This document shows, in pieces, positions 40,301-64,000 of a DNA stretch of 64,000 nucleotides. The translations under genes and the position numbers were made by a program. The notes below the pieces were generated by a model. That model did no database searches. It worked only from the letters and a program-made list of their open reading frames with translations, and was not told where the DNA came from. Source of the DNA: Lytechinus pictus (Eukaryota); the NCBI RefSeq assembly GCF_037042905.1, contig NC_087260.1:17856001-17920000 (forward strand). Reading direction: 5' to 3'. Every line of letters begins with the position of its first letter. The stretch's first letter is position 1.

Positions 40301-41409
40301 ACCACAGCCCCAACAGTCGCCTCAAACGCTATGCTCGATATTCACTGGTTGGTTGGGGTGTTCCTCTTCTTCTAGTAATTGTCTCCCTTGGGCTGCATTT
40401 CACGGAAAATGATATACTCCCGCTTGAGTACGGATCGGGGAGAAATTGTTGGGTGTATCCAGTTCTTTCCAACATTGTCTTTTTCATCGGTCCAATCGTG
40501 TTGTCCTTGGTTGCCAATGCCGTTCTCTTCGCCATCACTGTGGTTAGTATTTGCAGGACGACCAAGATGACCAGGAGTACCCTCCGAAAGGACGGATCAC
40601 AAAGGAATGTCATAGCGGAACTGCTCATCTACTTCAAGGTAATTTCATAGATAGCTTATTTCATTAAAATCATGATATACAACGATATCGAATCCTACTG
40701 ACCTGCAAGCCTTGACCTGACATGTCACATGATACTGTATTCGGGGCCCTGAACTGTCAAGGACTAAGTGATGCAAAGGATAATTTTGATCGCTCCACTT
40801 GTCTTACAAAATATTTATAAATATGAGTATTCAAATTTGCCTAAATTTTGCTAAATTATTCTCAATATCTCAATAGGTCCTATCATAACTGAGCTATATA
40901 CTTCCAATTCCCCTAATCACTTTCTTCTTCTATTTTCTCCTTATTCATATTCTACGTTTTCTTTTCTTCTTCTGCTCAATCAATTTTCTCTCTTGCACTT
41001 CGTCTTCCGTATGCTACCTGTCTTCATTTTGTTCTTCCTTGCCTGACTCTTCCTTCCTTATTGATACCCGTCCTCTTTCTCGTCTTTTCACACCTCGATT
41101 CATCTTTTTTTAATAAATATATTTTATGTTCATCCTCCTCTTTCATTCCTTCTTTTTTTCCTCTCCTCCAAACAGATATCTTGTCTAATGGGATTCAGTT
41201 GGTTGTTTGGTCTGATAGCCGCCCTGGGTACGACGCCAGCTCTCTGGTACATCTTCATAACGGTTAATGGTCTCCAAGGCATTTCGGTCTTTTTCTCCTT
41301 CGGCCTCAATGCCAGGGTAAGAAAATTATGGAGGAAAAGGATGGCACCATCAAAGTCAGGGTCGAGCAGTGGAAGCTCTGACAAGACAAAGAAGTCCGGT
41401 TCTGTGTAG
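37399..41409 (+). CDS. Methuselah-like / family-B (7tm_2) GPCR, copy B (tandem paralog), about 656 aa
   Basis: Coding exons 37399-37558, 39062-40638 and 41176-41409. Phases and the last two exon lengths (1577 and 234 nt) are the same as in copy A, and the 7TM motifs are the same. Confidence 0.88.
37718..37998 (-). mobile_element. tRNA-derived SINE
   Basis: B-box GGTTCGATTCC and core TGTGCTGCACTCAACCCAGGTGAGGTGAATGGGTACC. Confidence 0.8.
38733..38945 (+). mobile_element. tRNA-derived SINE
   Basis: GGTTCGAATCCC B-box and core TGCTGCATTCAACTCAGGTGAGGTAAGTGGGTACC. Confidence 0.75.
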
Positions 41410-42967
41410 TGGGTTTCCTGCAACTTCTGTACTCAAACTTGCTACTTACGTGTTACCGGGGTGAATATTGATATCAAGAAATTTACGTTATCTTCGAATA
41501 ACAACATGAAATTATTGATTAAACATTACGACATTTCCCTTTTATTACAAATTTGAGTATAAATAAATGTAAACATGGTAAATCCATGTATTAAGTTTGT
41601 TATCATTATTTCAGCAAAGAGTAAGTTCTATATGTGCTGGGCAGTGGTACATTGTGCAATGAGCCATGCATGAATGCTTGCTGCATGTGCTGTATGTTGT
41701 GGTTCTATGTGCTTGCCACTGGGCAGAGCAGCTTTGACACTGGTCTTGACAGGACCTATGTGATGAGTGAGTGAATGAGGAGGAGTTGAGATGTGCAGCA
41801 ACTAAGTATGGTTGGCATCGAAGTTACATGTGGGCAAGACAGGCCAGAAAGAAGACTTCTCTTAGCTCTGACACCACGGTGAGGCAGCTGGGTTCCGATG
41901 TAGATTCCGATTCGGATACCCGCGATGCTGATTTCGGGACAAGTCCTCCAGGACGGACCTTGTTCATCTTCAGAGATGCGAAACTTCGTCTACTGGAAGC
42001 CTAGCATCGATATATTTTTCGACGACGTCCACTTCAACTATACGACAAGTTTTCATCGAGAATGAGACGCGACATGTGCACATGAAAGCAAAGTCCATAT
42101 GAGTTGAGATCAGTCGCGGATACTTATTTTTATTAATTAATTTATCTGCAGAATATTAAAAAACGCATGCGATTTCTTTGAAATTTCTAAGAGTATAAAG
42201 AAAATCTGAATTAAGAGCTTAATTGTATTTTTACACTTTAATTATTGCAGTATACTGTTTTTGTTTTAAATACCAAAAATGAATAGATGCTTTTCGTAGG
42301 AAAACATGAAATTACTTGAATTATTTACAATATTTTGATATTTTTTACCACAATATAAGACAATATTTTCATTTGAATAGTTATATCAGATTGATTGAAG
42401 TAATTACATTTGAACATGCATGTATACTAATTATTCAAAATAGATGAAGAATATATTGTTTGAGATGATTTTCTTTCTGAATATGTTGAAGAAAAAAATG
42501 TGAAGATATTTGATTAATTAATCATAATTTAATGATTTGAATATATATCAATGCTTTGGATTTCATTTAATATTGTTGTGTGAATTCTTAGCCAACATAT
42601 ATCTATATAATCAGAATAGTCTATCGTCAGACATTGGAAAACAGTGCCCATAGATCTGACACGGAGCCTTATCAATAAAAACAAACGTGGTGGGAAATGC
42701 CAGATGCTGCATACCAAATAATCAGTATACCGACCAACCGACCAACATGTTATGGAAGTTCTGTTTTATTAACAAGACCTATGTCAAGTAGAATTGTTAA
42801 CAACAGCTGCAAAGTTCACATTAAACCCCGATCTATTCAACTATATATAGGAGTATTATGGATCATATTGCGTCGCTATGATATGATTACTAATAACGAG
42901 TCGAACCGTCGATAAGCAATCCAGACATGAGTATAAAGAAATATATACGAACAGTTTCTTTTTCACC

Positions 42968-44056
42968 ATGGATGATCATGAGCGGCATTCCTTCATCAGA
43001 ATGGGCCAAATTTTGAATAGACTTTCCTCAAGAATCTGCAAGCTTCTGGAGGCTTGTGATAAATCGAGCATTTTCTTCATATTTCTGAGTCTACTCTCTG
43101 TCACAAATGGTGACATAACAATCACAACCGTCATGGAAGGGGAAGCAGCGACACTCAATTTTACTTACCCTTGCGACAGCGCACGCAAAACTTTACGCCA
43201 TGGATACAAGATGCCATTTTACGATTCTATACGTCAAGAGGTAAAAACTTTGCTTGATCATCAAGATATAATTGACGTTGGAAGTAATGCCCTGAATAAC
43301 TCCTGTCTCCTGCAACTTAAGATCGACCCGGTTTTGAGGAGTGATGTCGGAGGATACATTCTAACTTTTTATGGCGGTGGCGGAAATATCCTTGGAGATT
43401 CAAGAATTGGTTTAAGAGTCGACTTTCCACCGGGGAAAGTGTCTTGCCAGTGGGAAGAGAAGAATGTCACTGGTGACTGGGGCTTAATGCAGTGCAGGTG
43501 TCAAGCAGGAAACGTTCCCGGGCAAATCGCTTGCTATCAAAATGGGATTCGTCTTCCTCGGGCTACTTCGCCATCGGTGGGTGGAGATATTCTTCAGCAG
43601 ACTATCTCGGTCAGGCATTCGGAAACTGCCTTCTGTTGTGCTTCTCTCCTGGATCAACTTATCGACATGTGTGCGTGCAGCGACTATGTGTGGGATCCGA
43701 ATAAAAATGGTGACACCAAGAATCCTTGCGCCACTCCTCAGGAAGACTCCACAACCAGCCTGTCCACAAATCCAAACAGCCTTTTGGAAGACCTTTCCAT
43801 TTCTATCGCTACATCATCTCCAGGAAGAGAAACTTTCGCCGAAAATCATGGCGACATGGTCAAAAGCAATGTATATATTACATTTCACTGGGGAGTATTA
43901 CTAGCATTTGTATCCTTGGTGTTGCTGATCGTTGTTCAGTGCTTTGTTCTTGCAGTAGCTTTTCAAAAGATTCGTCAACTTATTGAGCAAGGAAAGTTGA
44001 GAGATAAACAAAATGGTAATTACAAAAGCGTTCCATCGGTGGATGTGACACTTTAA
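42968..44056 (+). CDS. Single-exon type-I membrane protein with an Ig-like (V-type) domain and a Cys-rich second domain, 362 aa
   Basis: Uninterrupted ORF with Kozak-like context (caccATGg). It has a hydrophobic signal stretch (IFFIFLSLLSVTNG), Ig-strand patterns (VMEGEAATLNF, LQLKIDPVLRSDVGGY, IGLRV), a Cys-rich domain, a Ser/Thr stalk, a TM segment (WGVLLAFVSLVLLIVVQCFVLAVAF) and a short cytoplasmic tail. Confidence 0.82.
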   Translation: MDDHERHSFIRMGQILNRLSSRICKLLEACDKSSIFFIFLSLLSVTNGDITITTVMEGEAATLNFTYPCDSARKTLRHGYKMPFYDSIRQEVKTLLDHQDIIDVGSNALNNSCLLQLKIDPVLRSDVGGYILTFYGGGGNILGDSRIGLRVDFPPGKVSCQWEEKNVTGDWGLMQCRCQAGNVPGQIACYQNGIRLPRATSPSVGGDILQQTISVRHSETAFCCASLLDQLIDMCACSDYVWDPNKNGDTKNPCATPQEDSTTSLSTNPNSLLEDLSISIATSSPGRETFAENHGDMVKSNVYITFHWGVLLAFVSLVLLIVVQCFVLAVAFQKIRQLIEQGKLRDKQNGNYKSVPSVDVTL

Positions 44057-44240
44057 TAGCAATGACTTACTCGCCTGTGTGGGTAGGCCGGTAGGGGTGT
44101 GTATATTGGTGGACGTGAGGGTGGATGGGCGTGTGACATGATGGTATGTGTGTTTGCCTGTGTGAAAGTAAACCTGAAGTTAAAACCCTACCAGCTTGTG
44201 TAGAGATGGATCAAGGGGAAGACCGATAGGGTAAGATCTG

Positions 44241-44787
44241 GGCCCTGTCTTTCAAAGAGTTGCGATTGATCTGGGTTCCGTCTTACAATGAGTTACGATT
44301 GATCCGATCGAGCTCAACTATGGAAAGCCAGCAAGGTCAACATTTAAAATGCATGTTTGTTTAAAATATTTTCTAGATATGACGTATATTCATACATTTA
44401 TAGTTTTCTTTATTCTCCAATGCGCTTCTCTTTGTTTACAAAGGACAATTTCCTAGACTCTGAGAAAAAACATGACATTGATGAATTTCCATACAGTGAT
44501 TGATCCAATCAAGTACAACTATGGAAAGCCAGCAACGTCAACATCTAAAATACATGTTTGTTCAAAATATTTTCTAGACATGATGCATATTTATACATTC
44601 ATCATTCTCTTGAAGATTCAGTGTGATTCTCTTTGTTTACTAACATGACTAAGGAGACTGCAAATTTCCTGTAGAAAAAAATTGTGGTATGGATGGATTT
44701 CCATACAGTTGAGATTGATTGGATCATAATTGTAACTCTTTGTAAGATGGTACCCGGATCAATCGCAACTCTCTGTAAGACGGGGCC
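44241..44787. mobile_element. Harbinger-like MITE with doubled TIRs and an internal ~200-bp duplication
   Basis: CTG TSD; outer TIR GGCCC(T/C)GTCTT(T/A)CA(A/G)AGAGTTGCGATTGATC; a related inner TIR pair at 44274 and 44754; internal direct repeat starting CAACTATGGAAAGCCAGCAA at ~44316 and ~44516. Confidence 0.8.
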
Positions 44788-45668
44788 CTGCATTTGTCCC
44801 GTTTCACAAAGATTTGTTATGACAAATGCAAAGTTTCTGTAACAAGTTTACCATAAGCCAATCAAAGTGAAGGATTTCAGTAGCTTAAAACTGTTATTGC
44901 ACATTATTTTGTTGCATATTGCACATAACGAGTTTTATAACAAGGAACCCAGGTTGTAAATGTTTCGCCTCATTTTTCATGTTCCATTGTTAATTTTAAT
45001 ATCTGTAAAATAAAAATACTTTATATGATATAGTATAAGGGAATAGTAAATTGAAGGTTAAAGCTTCGTAACTAAAGTATCTAAAGAGTTCCAATATTTT
45101 TCATAACCCTGTTTTTACATAATTGAGTTATCATTGTCATTGTTAGCTGGGGCGGATCCAGGATTTTCCAAAAGGAGGGGAGCACATTTTCCCCGAGGAA
45201 AATTTGACAAGCAAAAATGGTTTTCACCAAAACTTGAAGGTCATTTCGTCCACATAAAATCTGACAAGCAAAAAAAAAGTCCTCACTTGTGTATGAACGA
45301 CATATTCCCATTTTAAAATATATGCTGTGATTTTCAAAAGGGGCACACTTTTATGCTCTCAAGGGGAGGGGGTGGGAACGGGCCACTGATTGTTAGCTAT
45401 GTTCAAGAACATTTTAATCATAATATTTGTATAATATTAAATAATTGCCAACGTCGGTTCGAGTACCCAACAATGTTTAATATCGGATGATCTTTGAAGG
45501 ACTTATGCATTGTGGTTCATCCAGTAGTGGTTAGTCCTAAATTAGGACAGTTGGATGGTGGAGCGGTAGCGATGACAAGTGAAAGGCGAGAAAGAGACAA
45601 ATCGAGAGGGAAGAGTATTTCATCATGGTGTAGTTCTTAAATGACTGTAAACCAGATGAGATCCGGAC

Positions 45669-45975
45669 TTTTCGCATTTGCTATACGGAGACACCCTCTA
45701 CAACGCACCAATTCCTTTGAAAATGCAATTCAAATCACAATGAAGAGCTGAGAGACTTTTGTCGAAAGTTGGTAGACCGGGACAGCATCGGAATCTCTTG
45801 ACTATGGACAACGACATATTTGCAATTGTTCGTCCGGCGCAAATCTTCGGATGGTCTGCTGTCCTAGTCCACCAACCTGTGACAAAAGCCTCTCAGTTAT
45901 CCATTGTGATTTTAATTGCGTTTTTAAAGGAATCGATGCGTTGTAGAGTGTGTCTCCGTAGTAAATGCGAAAAAC
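45669..45975. mobile_element. Palindromic MITE; a partial relative lies at ~46860-47090
   Basis: TTTCGCATTTGCTATACGGAGACACCCTCTACAACGCA pairs with TGCGTTGTAGAGTGTGTCTCCGTAGTAAATGCGAAA. Confidence 0.65.
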
Positions 45976-48892
45976 TCTATAATACTGGCTTGGAGGAGAA
46001 CAGAATTCATAATAAACGAGCAAAGAACTGGCGTTTATAAACTGGGAAGTTCATACTAGCTTTAGAAAAAAAAAAACACAATTTTTTTAATTGTATACTT
46101 ATCGATTTTCAAGCTTTCAGTTGTGACGTTGTATGTGAACAGCGGCCCCAGATGTCTTGTAATACACATTTCACCATATCGTATTTTGTTTGCGGTCGAT
46201 AACTGAACATCCTTTTTTCTCATAGATGCGAGCAGGGCTATGGTATCACTGTGTAATTTGTTGATACATGAATATTGAATGCAGTTTCAAATTGCTGAAT
46301 ATAACCGTGGCATTTATTTAACTTATCACATGATTTGGCCCCCCCCCTCTCCCCCTTTCTCTCTTTCTTTTTCTCTCCCTCTCTACTCTATCTTTCCTTA
46401 ACCACTTTCCTCTTATTCTTCTCCTCCTTTCCTTGGCCTCTAATCCATATTCATTCTACTTCGTGTACATATCGGACTCGTGACAGGGAAAGTTCACTTC
46501 CAAAATATTCTGCCTTTAATCTCACAATGGCAAAACATGAACATACATCTAGCATACAGTCATTGGAAACATAATAGACCAAATCTTCATATATGATACT
46601 AATGGTATACAATACATGCCTCATATGCACTTAAACATAACTGCGAAGTATTTGAACAAAACAAAACAATATTCATCATCATGTTATCAGCTGTTGTAAT
46701 GTTTCTCTAATAAATGATCATTATGTAATCCGATGATAATGATAACAATGAAACAGGATGACAATGGTGATGATGCGGATGATAATGAATATAGCAGTTT
46801 GCACAATGTCAACGGGGACTCTAGAACATAATAAATGCGTTAAAATGCCCATCGAATCGCAATGAACAGCTGAGAGGTCTTTGTCGAAAATTTGTGAACC
46901 GGGACAGCTGATCGTATTAAGGTGTGGAGCTGACGACAAAATTGCAAATATGTCGTTTTTTCCAAAGTCACAGATGAAACTGCCCTTTGATTCACCAATT
47001 TTCACAAAGACTGCTTGTCATAAAGGGCTTTGAACAATAGATTCTCCATGTTCTTGAAAGCGTCTGCTTAGTGTTGCAAAAACTTCCTAATACAGGACTT
47101 AAATCTTTGAATGCCTATTCGCATTTTGCTGATATTTTGTTCTTTGTTGGTGAATAACAACTAGACAGTATATGATAGATTGTTGCCCACCCTCTTTCTC
47201 AATAAGCCTAGCTTTAATATCTGTCATTTCTATATATTCCTTTCAAACCACTTTTTTTCTGTGTATCCACTGGATCCTGCATTTCTCCAGGACTAGAGGT
47301 AATCAACAGAAAAAGAAGATGTAACGCTGGTCTTAAGAGTTATTTCAATCTGTACCTCCTCCTCTGACATGGGTAATACTGTCAAAAAAAATCTACACTT
47401 TTTAAAGATGCTAAAAGAATCCCATACTAGACATTCCAGAATGAGCTGAATTCCCCAAAGTATTGGGATTGTTTTTTAAGGAAGATAGATTAAAAAACAT
47501 TGAAAAAAATATTTATTCCACACACAAATCTTTGATATGTGAAAGACATAAGGATTTTATAACATACATGTACATTACATACAAGATATAGTAACATTTA
47601 AAGAGATCTCTAAAACTGATGATTGGAGCAAGTGTAAAATTGGTTCATAATCACAGGAATATAATCACAAGAAAAAAAGAAGCCCACTAATTATTAATCA
47701 TGGGATGTTTAAACCCCTATCCTGATTTTTGTTTTCTTCTTCAAAGCTTACAAAGCACAGAAAATCTGTTCAATCTAGCTTTGCCTGTACTATTAGCAAT
47801 AGGTTCCACCTCTTGATTCAGTATGCTAACAAGATCATATGGTGAAACCTTACACTTCTTTTGTGAAATCAGGCCTTCGTACGCAATCATACAAAAGGGA
47901 TAATTTAAAACATAATCTAGCACAATAACAGAAAATCACACACATGCATTAGTGAAATAAAAGGGTAAAAGCACCCTGGCTAAGCTATTTGGATAACAAA
48001 CATGGAAATACCACTAAAAATGTAAGTTGTATCGTAAATATATTTCCCTCATACTCACTGTATCAAGGAGAGGCCATGAAATATCAAGGGAGAAATGAAG
48101 TTTGGTAAAGTAAAAAGACAATGATTTTGAATGTTTTTCTTAATTTTGGACTTAAAATGAGGCATATTTACTTATTCTATGTTTACTTCACATAAACTAA
48201 TCACATGAAAAATACAACATGTGATGCTATCTATACTCTTAAAAAAAGTTTATTTTATCAATAAAATTACTGTTGTGCACGTCAAACAATCAAGTTTTCC
48301 AGATACAATTTCTACTGAAGAAAATATTTCAATTGACTGACAAATACCATACACAATAAGCTGCAGATGGAGGACTTGATACATGTAAATACAATCTTGA
48401 CACTTCTTCAATTTTTGTTTAAATCGACCATGGCACTTCGAATCATGAATCGTATCACTATTTCTACAATCAATAAGCTTGATGGAATGTAACCAACTAA
48501 GGATAACTGTCAACTACAAAACTATACTTTGTAAAGTGTACATAAACTACAACTATTGCAACATTATGACAGGCACATGGCTTGAAAATTTGATTGATAC
48601 TTATGAAGTTTCATTAAAAAAAGAAAAGCAAATGTCTCATGATAACACAATTATTCTAACACTCTAATCTAACAAACACATACTAGCGACCATTATATAG
48701 TTTTTCATCGAATAAATATCTGTGAAAAATTGAATGACTGCAATCTCAGGTTTTGCACAATCTTTTGGTATTACATGTAAATCTATGATTATACCTGTAC
48801 ATATGATTATATTGTAGAATTGAATTTAAGTATGTCAATAAGCTAGGTTTAGAAATACTGAATCCAAGAATATCTGATTTATTCGATAATTG

Positions 48893-49176
48893 TTATAATA
48901 ATAATACCAACATGCTTATATAGCGCATATCACTGCCAAATGCGTCCCTATGCGCTTAATCCGATATTATTACCCTGGCTTTAGCCTCGCAGCCTTTTAC
49001 AGCCATTGGCATTTCAAGGAATAAATTCCTGCCAGGTACCCATTTACCTCACCTGGGTCGAGTGCAGCACAATGTGGATAAATTTCTTGCCGAAGGAAAT
49101 TACGCCATGGCTGGGATTCGAACCCACGACCCTCTGTTTCAAAGTCCAAAGACTAATCCACTGGGCCACAACGTTG
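48893..49176 (-). mobile_element. tRNA-derived SINE
   Basis: GTGGCCCAGTGG A-box, GGTTCGAATCCC B-box, the same core and a (TTA)n tail. Confidence 0.82.
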
Positions 49177-50379
49177 TTGAGTGGTGTTCCAAAACAGAAT
49201 AAAAATGCAAATTTGAAAGACATTTTCATTGTACACATTTTTTTTTTTTAATTTACACTAATATTTAGATATCATCTGAACACCTACTTCATTAATTACC
49301 TTTCATGTAATCTGTAATACATTAAACATTGACATGATCAGTTTTCTAAGGATTTAGACAAAAATAATTTGTTACCTAATAAGAAAGTTTGATGATCACA
49401 TATAATTCAACACTGAGTATGGTAATACAAGTTTATACATGTACATGTAAGCCAGTATTTTGGGATTCAATTCTATTAAGACCACTCTATGAAATTGCTA
49501 AAAAAAAAGTTTTTATATTTGGATGACACTTACATTGAAAACAGTCGCTATGTACAAAAGACAGTAATTCCTCTTTAAAAAATATCCTCCCCCTTCTCTT
49601 CCTCCAGCCACAAGCAGTGGCGGATCGGGGATTTTGAAATAGAGGGGGCGCAGACGACAATTTTCTTAGACTCGGCTACATCAATATATATGTTTGATGG
49701 GCAGTTCTCATAGGAGGAACGTTCAACCTCTTTGTACCCCTTGCTTGGATTTGCCCGGACATCATACAGTTTAGGTACTTCCTATACAAATATTTAGCAC
49801 CCTAGAATAATTTACTTGAACAAATGGTACAATTTCTTTTTAAATATATTTTCATAAATACTTTCAGCCACTGATGAAATAAAAACAAAGCATTTGGTGA
49901 GGAGAATTTGGTAATGAGGTCACGTGCCGAGAGTTGATACATGTACTTCATTCAACAAATCAAAAAATACGTAAAGTAAGAATTCATTTATGAGCTTTTC
50001 ATGATCCTTTTTTTGACAAACTCGGATAAACTTCTAGAACCACAAGGTTAAATGCATAAAGCAAAGAGAGGTATTTATATAAATGATTATCATGCGACTC
50101 TGTAATGATGGGCAAGAAGATGAAGCACATTCATGAAAACATTGCACAGCACCATACCTAGTTCAAAATTGAATAGCAATGATTTCATTTTTCTTTCAAA
50201 ACTACATGCAGCCCCAAAAAATTAACATAGCTTTTCATATGGCAACTGTGCTTCAAGGATTATTTAAACACATTTATTTCATCGAAGCCCCCTATCTCAC
50301 CTTAACCCCCATTCCACAGAGAGCATGACTGCTGTAAGAGTCCTGAAAGACCAAGAAACTTGCTTGATCTTTCAATGGT

Positions 50380-50850
50380 CTCTGCGGTCTTACACGATTC
50401 TGAACCAATCTTTCCAACAGCTTAGTGGTCTTCATGGGCTCCAAAAAATGTTTTAACTGTTCAAGAAAAGCCTTTAGGCAGTCTTTCAGGAAGCTTTCAG
50501 TGGTGGTCTCTGCTTCGTCTTTCCATAATCTCTCAAACTTTTCTGGAGAGAGATCACTAACAGACTCATCTGAGATCAATGAACGATCATTGAAAAGACC
50601 AGCAAAAGTCCATGGAAAGATTGCCAGAAGATCTCGGAAAAAACTCATGAAATGCTATTGAAAGACCATTGAAATATCACTGTAAGACTAGTCTAAGTTC
50701 AGCAAAACAATAAGTGTCAATCAGTCTCTAAAAGTCTTTAAAGGGGTTTTTCTTAGGCATTCCACATGAGATTACTAATTTCAGTGATCTGCCGAAAGGC
50801 CTTGCGACAGCCAGTTTTTCGGCCTTTCAGTGGTCTTCGATCGGTCTTCA
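50380..50850. repeat. Interspersed repeat with GTGGTCTTC/AAAGACCA inverted subrepeats
   Basis: Recurrent TTTCAGTGGTCT(T/C) and AAAGACCA motifs in both orientations; boundaries approximate. Confidence 0.45.
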
Positions 50851-53186
50851 CTTTTTTTAATTTGGGGGGGGGGGCTAAGGAGTGAGATTGATCCAATAAA
50901 TCTAACTATGGAAAGCTAAAAGCACCATATTTCTTTTTTCTAGGATGATCACGCTGACAGGACCAAAGAATGACAGTGCACAAACATTTAGCATATTTAC
51001 AGGCCATGATACGATTATAAAATGAGCTAAAAAGCCGTTATTGGTCATTAAATGTTTGTTCAAGATGCCAACACTTATAAATACCAATGATGATAAATTA
51101 TCAAGACAAAAAAAACTGACATTAAAAAAAACATTTACATCTACATACATTTATTCAGGAATGGCAGATTAAGATGAAACATGGAATCCATTCAGCCAGT
51201 GTAAAGATAATGGGTACATAAGTTTGGAAAAATATGTTTTCATGGCCTCTTCTCTCCGTTTAATTTCATATGTACTTAACCTGATAATATTCTGTAGTCT
51301 ACAGCTTACATGTACCTTGAATGGTGAATACAGACTCATATATTATCTTTGGATTGTCTACGCAAGGTAACTTCAAAAAGAAATAAATTACCACCCGTTG
51401 TTGACTTTATTACTAGGTTGCTTTTTTGCTTTTTTTACATTTTTAAGCCTCTGCATTATTGATGTTTGATTTGTATTTCATTGTTCTGCTTTGTTTTCCT
51501 TTTCCCCTTATCCTGTTTTTTATTACCTGTTTATGTTGTCCAATCTTAATTAATTTTTTAGGGACCCGTTTTTATATACCAAGTAAATTTTATCCATATC
51601 AATCAGATTTTGAATCTCATCTTTCTCTGATAAGAAGTGTTCTTTCATTTTTTTTCCAACAATGGAGTCAAACTTTGAAAATGAATAGATTTATCAAAAC
51701 TCAACAAAAGCTTTTTTTAGTCAACACTAGGAATACTGTGAACTGGAATCGATCCCTTTTTTTTGTAATCGGGTTTACATTAGAATATGTGAAATAACTT
51801 ACACCCAAATGACAGGGTATGAGAAAATAATTTTTGAATACTAGCTGTGCTACATGTAGTTTGTTTATCAAAGTACTTGCATCCAAGATATCTTTGGTAA
51901 GTGTTTGGTCAGTACATTTAATAATAATAATAATATGCAACATTTATCTCCTACTTCATATTGTTACCCCGATTTTACCATGATTGAGTGCGCAAGCATT
52001 AACAAAAATTATGTCATACAGTGTACCTACTTAATCCACCTGGGTGGAGAGTGGAAAATATGGATAAAAGTCTTTATAACATTGGAGCAAAATTTTGGTT
52101 ATCCGTATTATATTCTTTGCAAGTATGGGATGACAATGCCACAAAAATAATAACAAGAATAAGAGGAGTAGTGCAGCATATTCTCAAATCAATCTGTTTG
52201 TATCTTACCCATGTACAATGTCATCGTGGATTCATGATAAAAATACCTTTGGCAAGAATAAATATTTTCAGTCCCTGCAAAGATACACATTTCATTGTAC
52301 ACTGCATATAAAAGAAGGCAAGGAGAGCAGTCGATATAGGAAGCAAGGTCAGTTTCTTCACCAAAACAAAAAATTCTTAAATTCACATTTTCCTTTGTAA
52401 GTTATATACAGTGTTTGAAGTCAACTTACTAAAATAATAACTGGCTAACATCAACGTTAAACATATCTTTCCCTTAAAGAAACATCCATTAAAGGTACTA
52501 AATTTCTGATGCTTCCTAGATTTCTCAACATAAGAAGATCCATGGCTTACGAAAGCCTCAAATGAAGATAAAATTTTTTTTTGCTCAGTGACCTTTGACC
52601 TCAGGTCAGACATATCACACAGACAGACAGCTCTGGAGAATTCTTCATTTCATCCTCTTTTCTCTTCTTTTGTGTTAGACACTCATGCTCACAAATTTTT
52701 GTGATTAAAAAAGAGTTCTGAGGATTTTTTAACCTTTACCTACTTTATCTATCCCTTCATTTGACAATGACCCTTGCTATTAAAGATCAATATCAAGTGA
52801 ATGATAATATATACAGAAACACAAAAGTTCCCATCACTAATTGTCTGTGACCATGATGCGTAATGACCTTTGACATTTCAATAGGATGGAACCTAATGAT
52901 TATTCACAGCAGATCTTTCAAATGCGAAACTGCTTGAAGTTGAATCTGGTCCCTCTAATACATAATCAGAAAGACTGATTATATTAATTTCATGTGACCC
53001 TGTGATAACTTAACCTTGTAACCTATAACCTTTGACCTCCAAATCAGCTGCATACATCATGCTTAAGCATCTGCAGGACTTGCAGGCTTCTTTGCAACAA
53101 GCTAACTACCCTGATCTTCTCTTTCCATTGCCAAATACCTTGGTGACCTCTTTCGATGACTCCATGACGTCTTCACCGTTGACCTT

Positions 53187-64000
<10,814 letters not shown>

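Noticed and set aside
26758-41409. The two GPCR copies as an allelic assembly artefact
   Set aside because: The introns are unalignable, the first coding exons differ in length and the ectodomains are substantially diverged, so they are true paralogs.
50292-50661. 118-aa and 78-aa overlapping ORFs
   Set aside because: They lie inside a repeat with inverted subrepeats and show no recognisable motifs or splice context.
53106-53186. About 26 open codons after the ABCC4 stop (KVNGEDVMESSKEVTKVFGNGKRRSG), suggesting readthrough or a premature stop
   Set aside because: The TGA-A context is not a known readthrough motif and this length is expected by chance. It cannot be supported without orthologs or ribosome profiling.

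Overview
AT-rich, intron-containing animal genomic DNA with two N gaps. It is most consistent with an echinoderm (sea-urchin-like) assembly, which I infer from the gene and repeat content. Five protein-coding genes were reconstructed by hand from GT-AG junctions with consistent phases: (1) a complete 10-exon FUZ (fuzzy, CPLANE planar-cell-polarity effector) on the minus strand, 4314-13099; (2,3) two tandem Methuselah-like family-B 7TM receptors on the plus strand, 21223-29291 and 37399-41409; (4) an intronless type-I membrane protein with an atypical Ig-like ectodomain, 42968-44056; (5) the 3' half (TMD2+NBD2) of an ABCC4/MRP4-like transporter on the minus strand, 53187->64000. Non-coding DNA is full of tRNA-derived SINEs, MITEs of several TSD classes and a decayed CR1/L2-group LINE carrying two nested MITEs. 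Two unexpected signals stand out. First, at least five intronic 'echoes' copy real exon-intron junctions in FUZ and ABCC4, including a 12-unit minisatellite built from a splice acceptor. Second, the octamer TACATGTA is roughly 10-fold over-represented and in two places appears as a CATGTA insertion at a TA, which resembles a Tc1/mariner excision footprint. All alignments and counts were done by eye.
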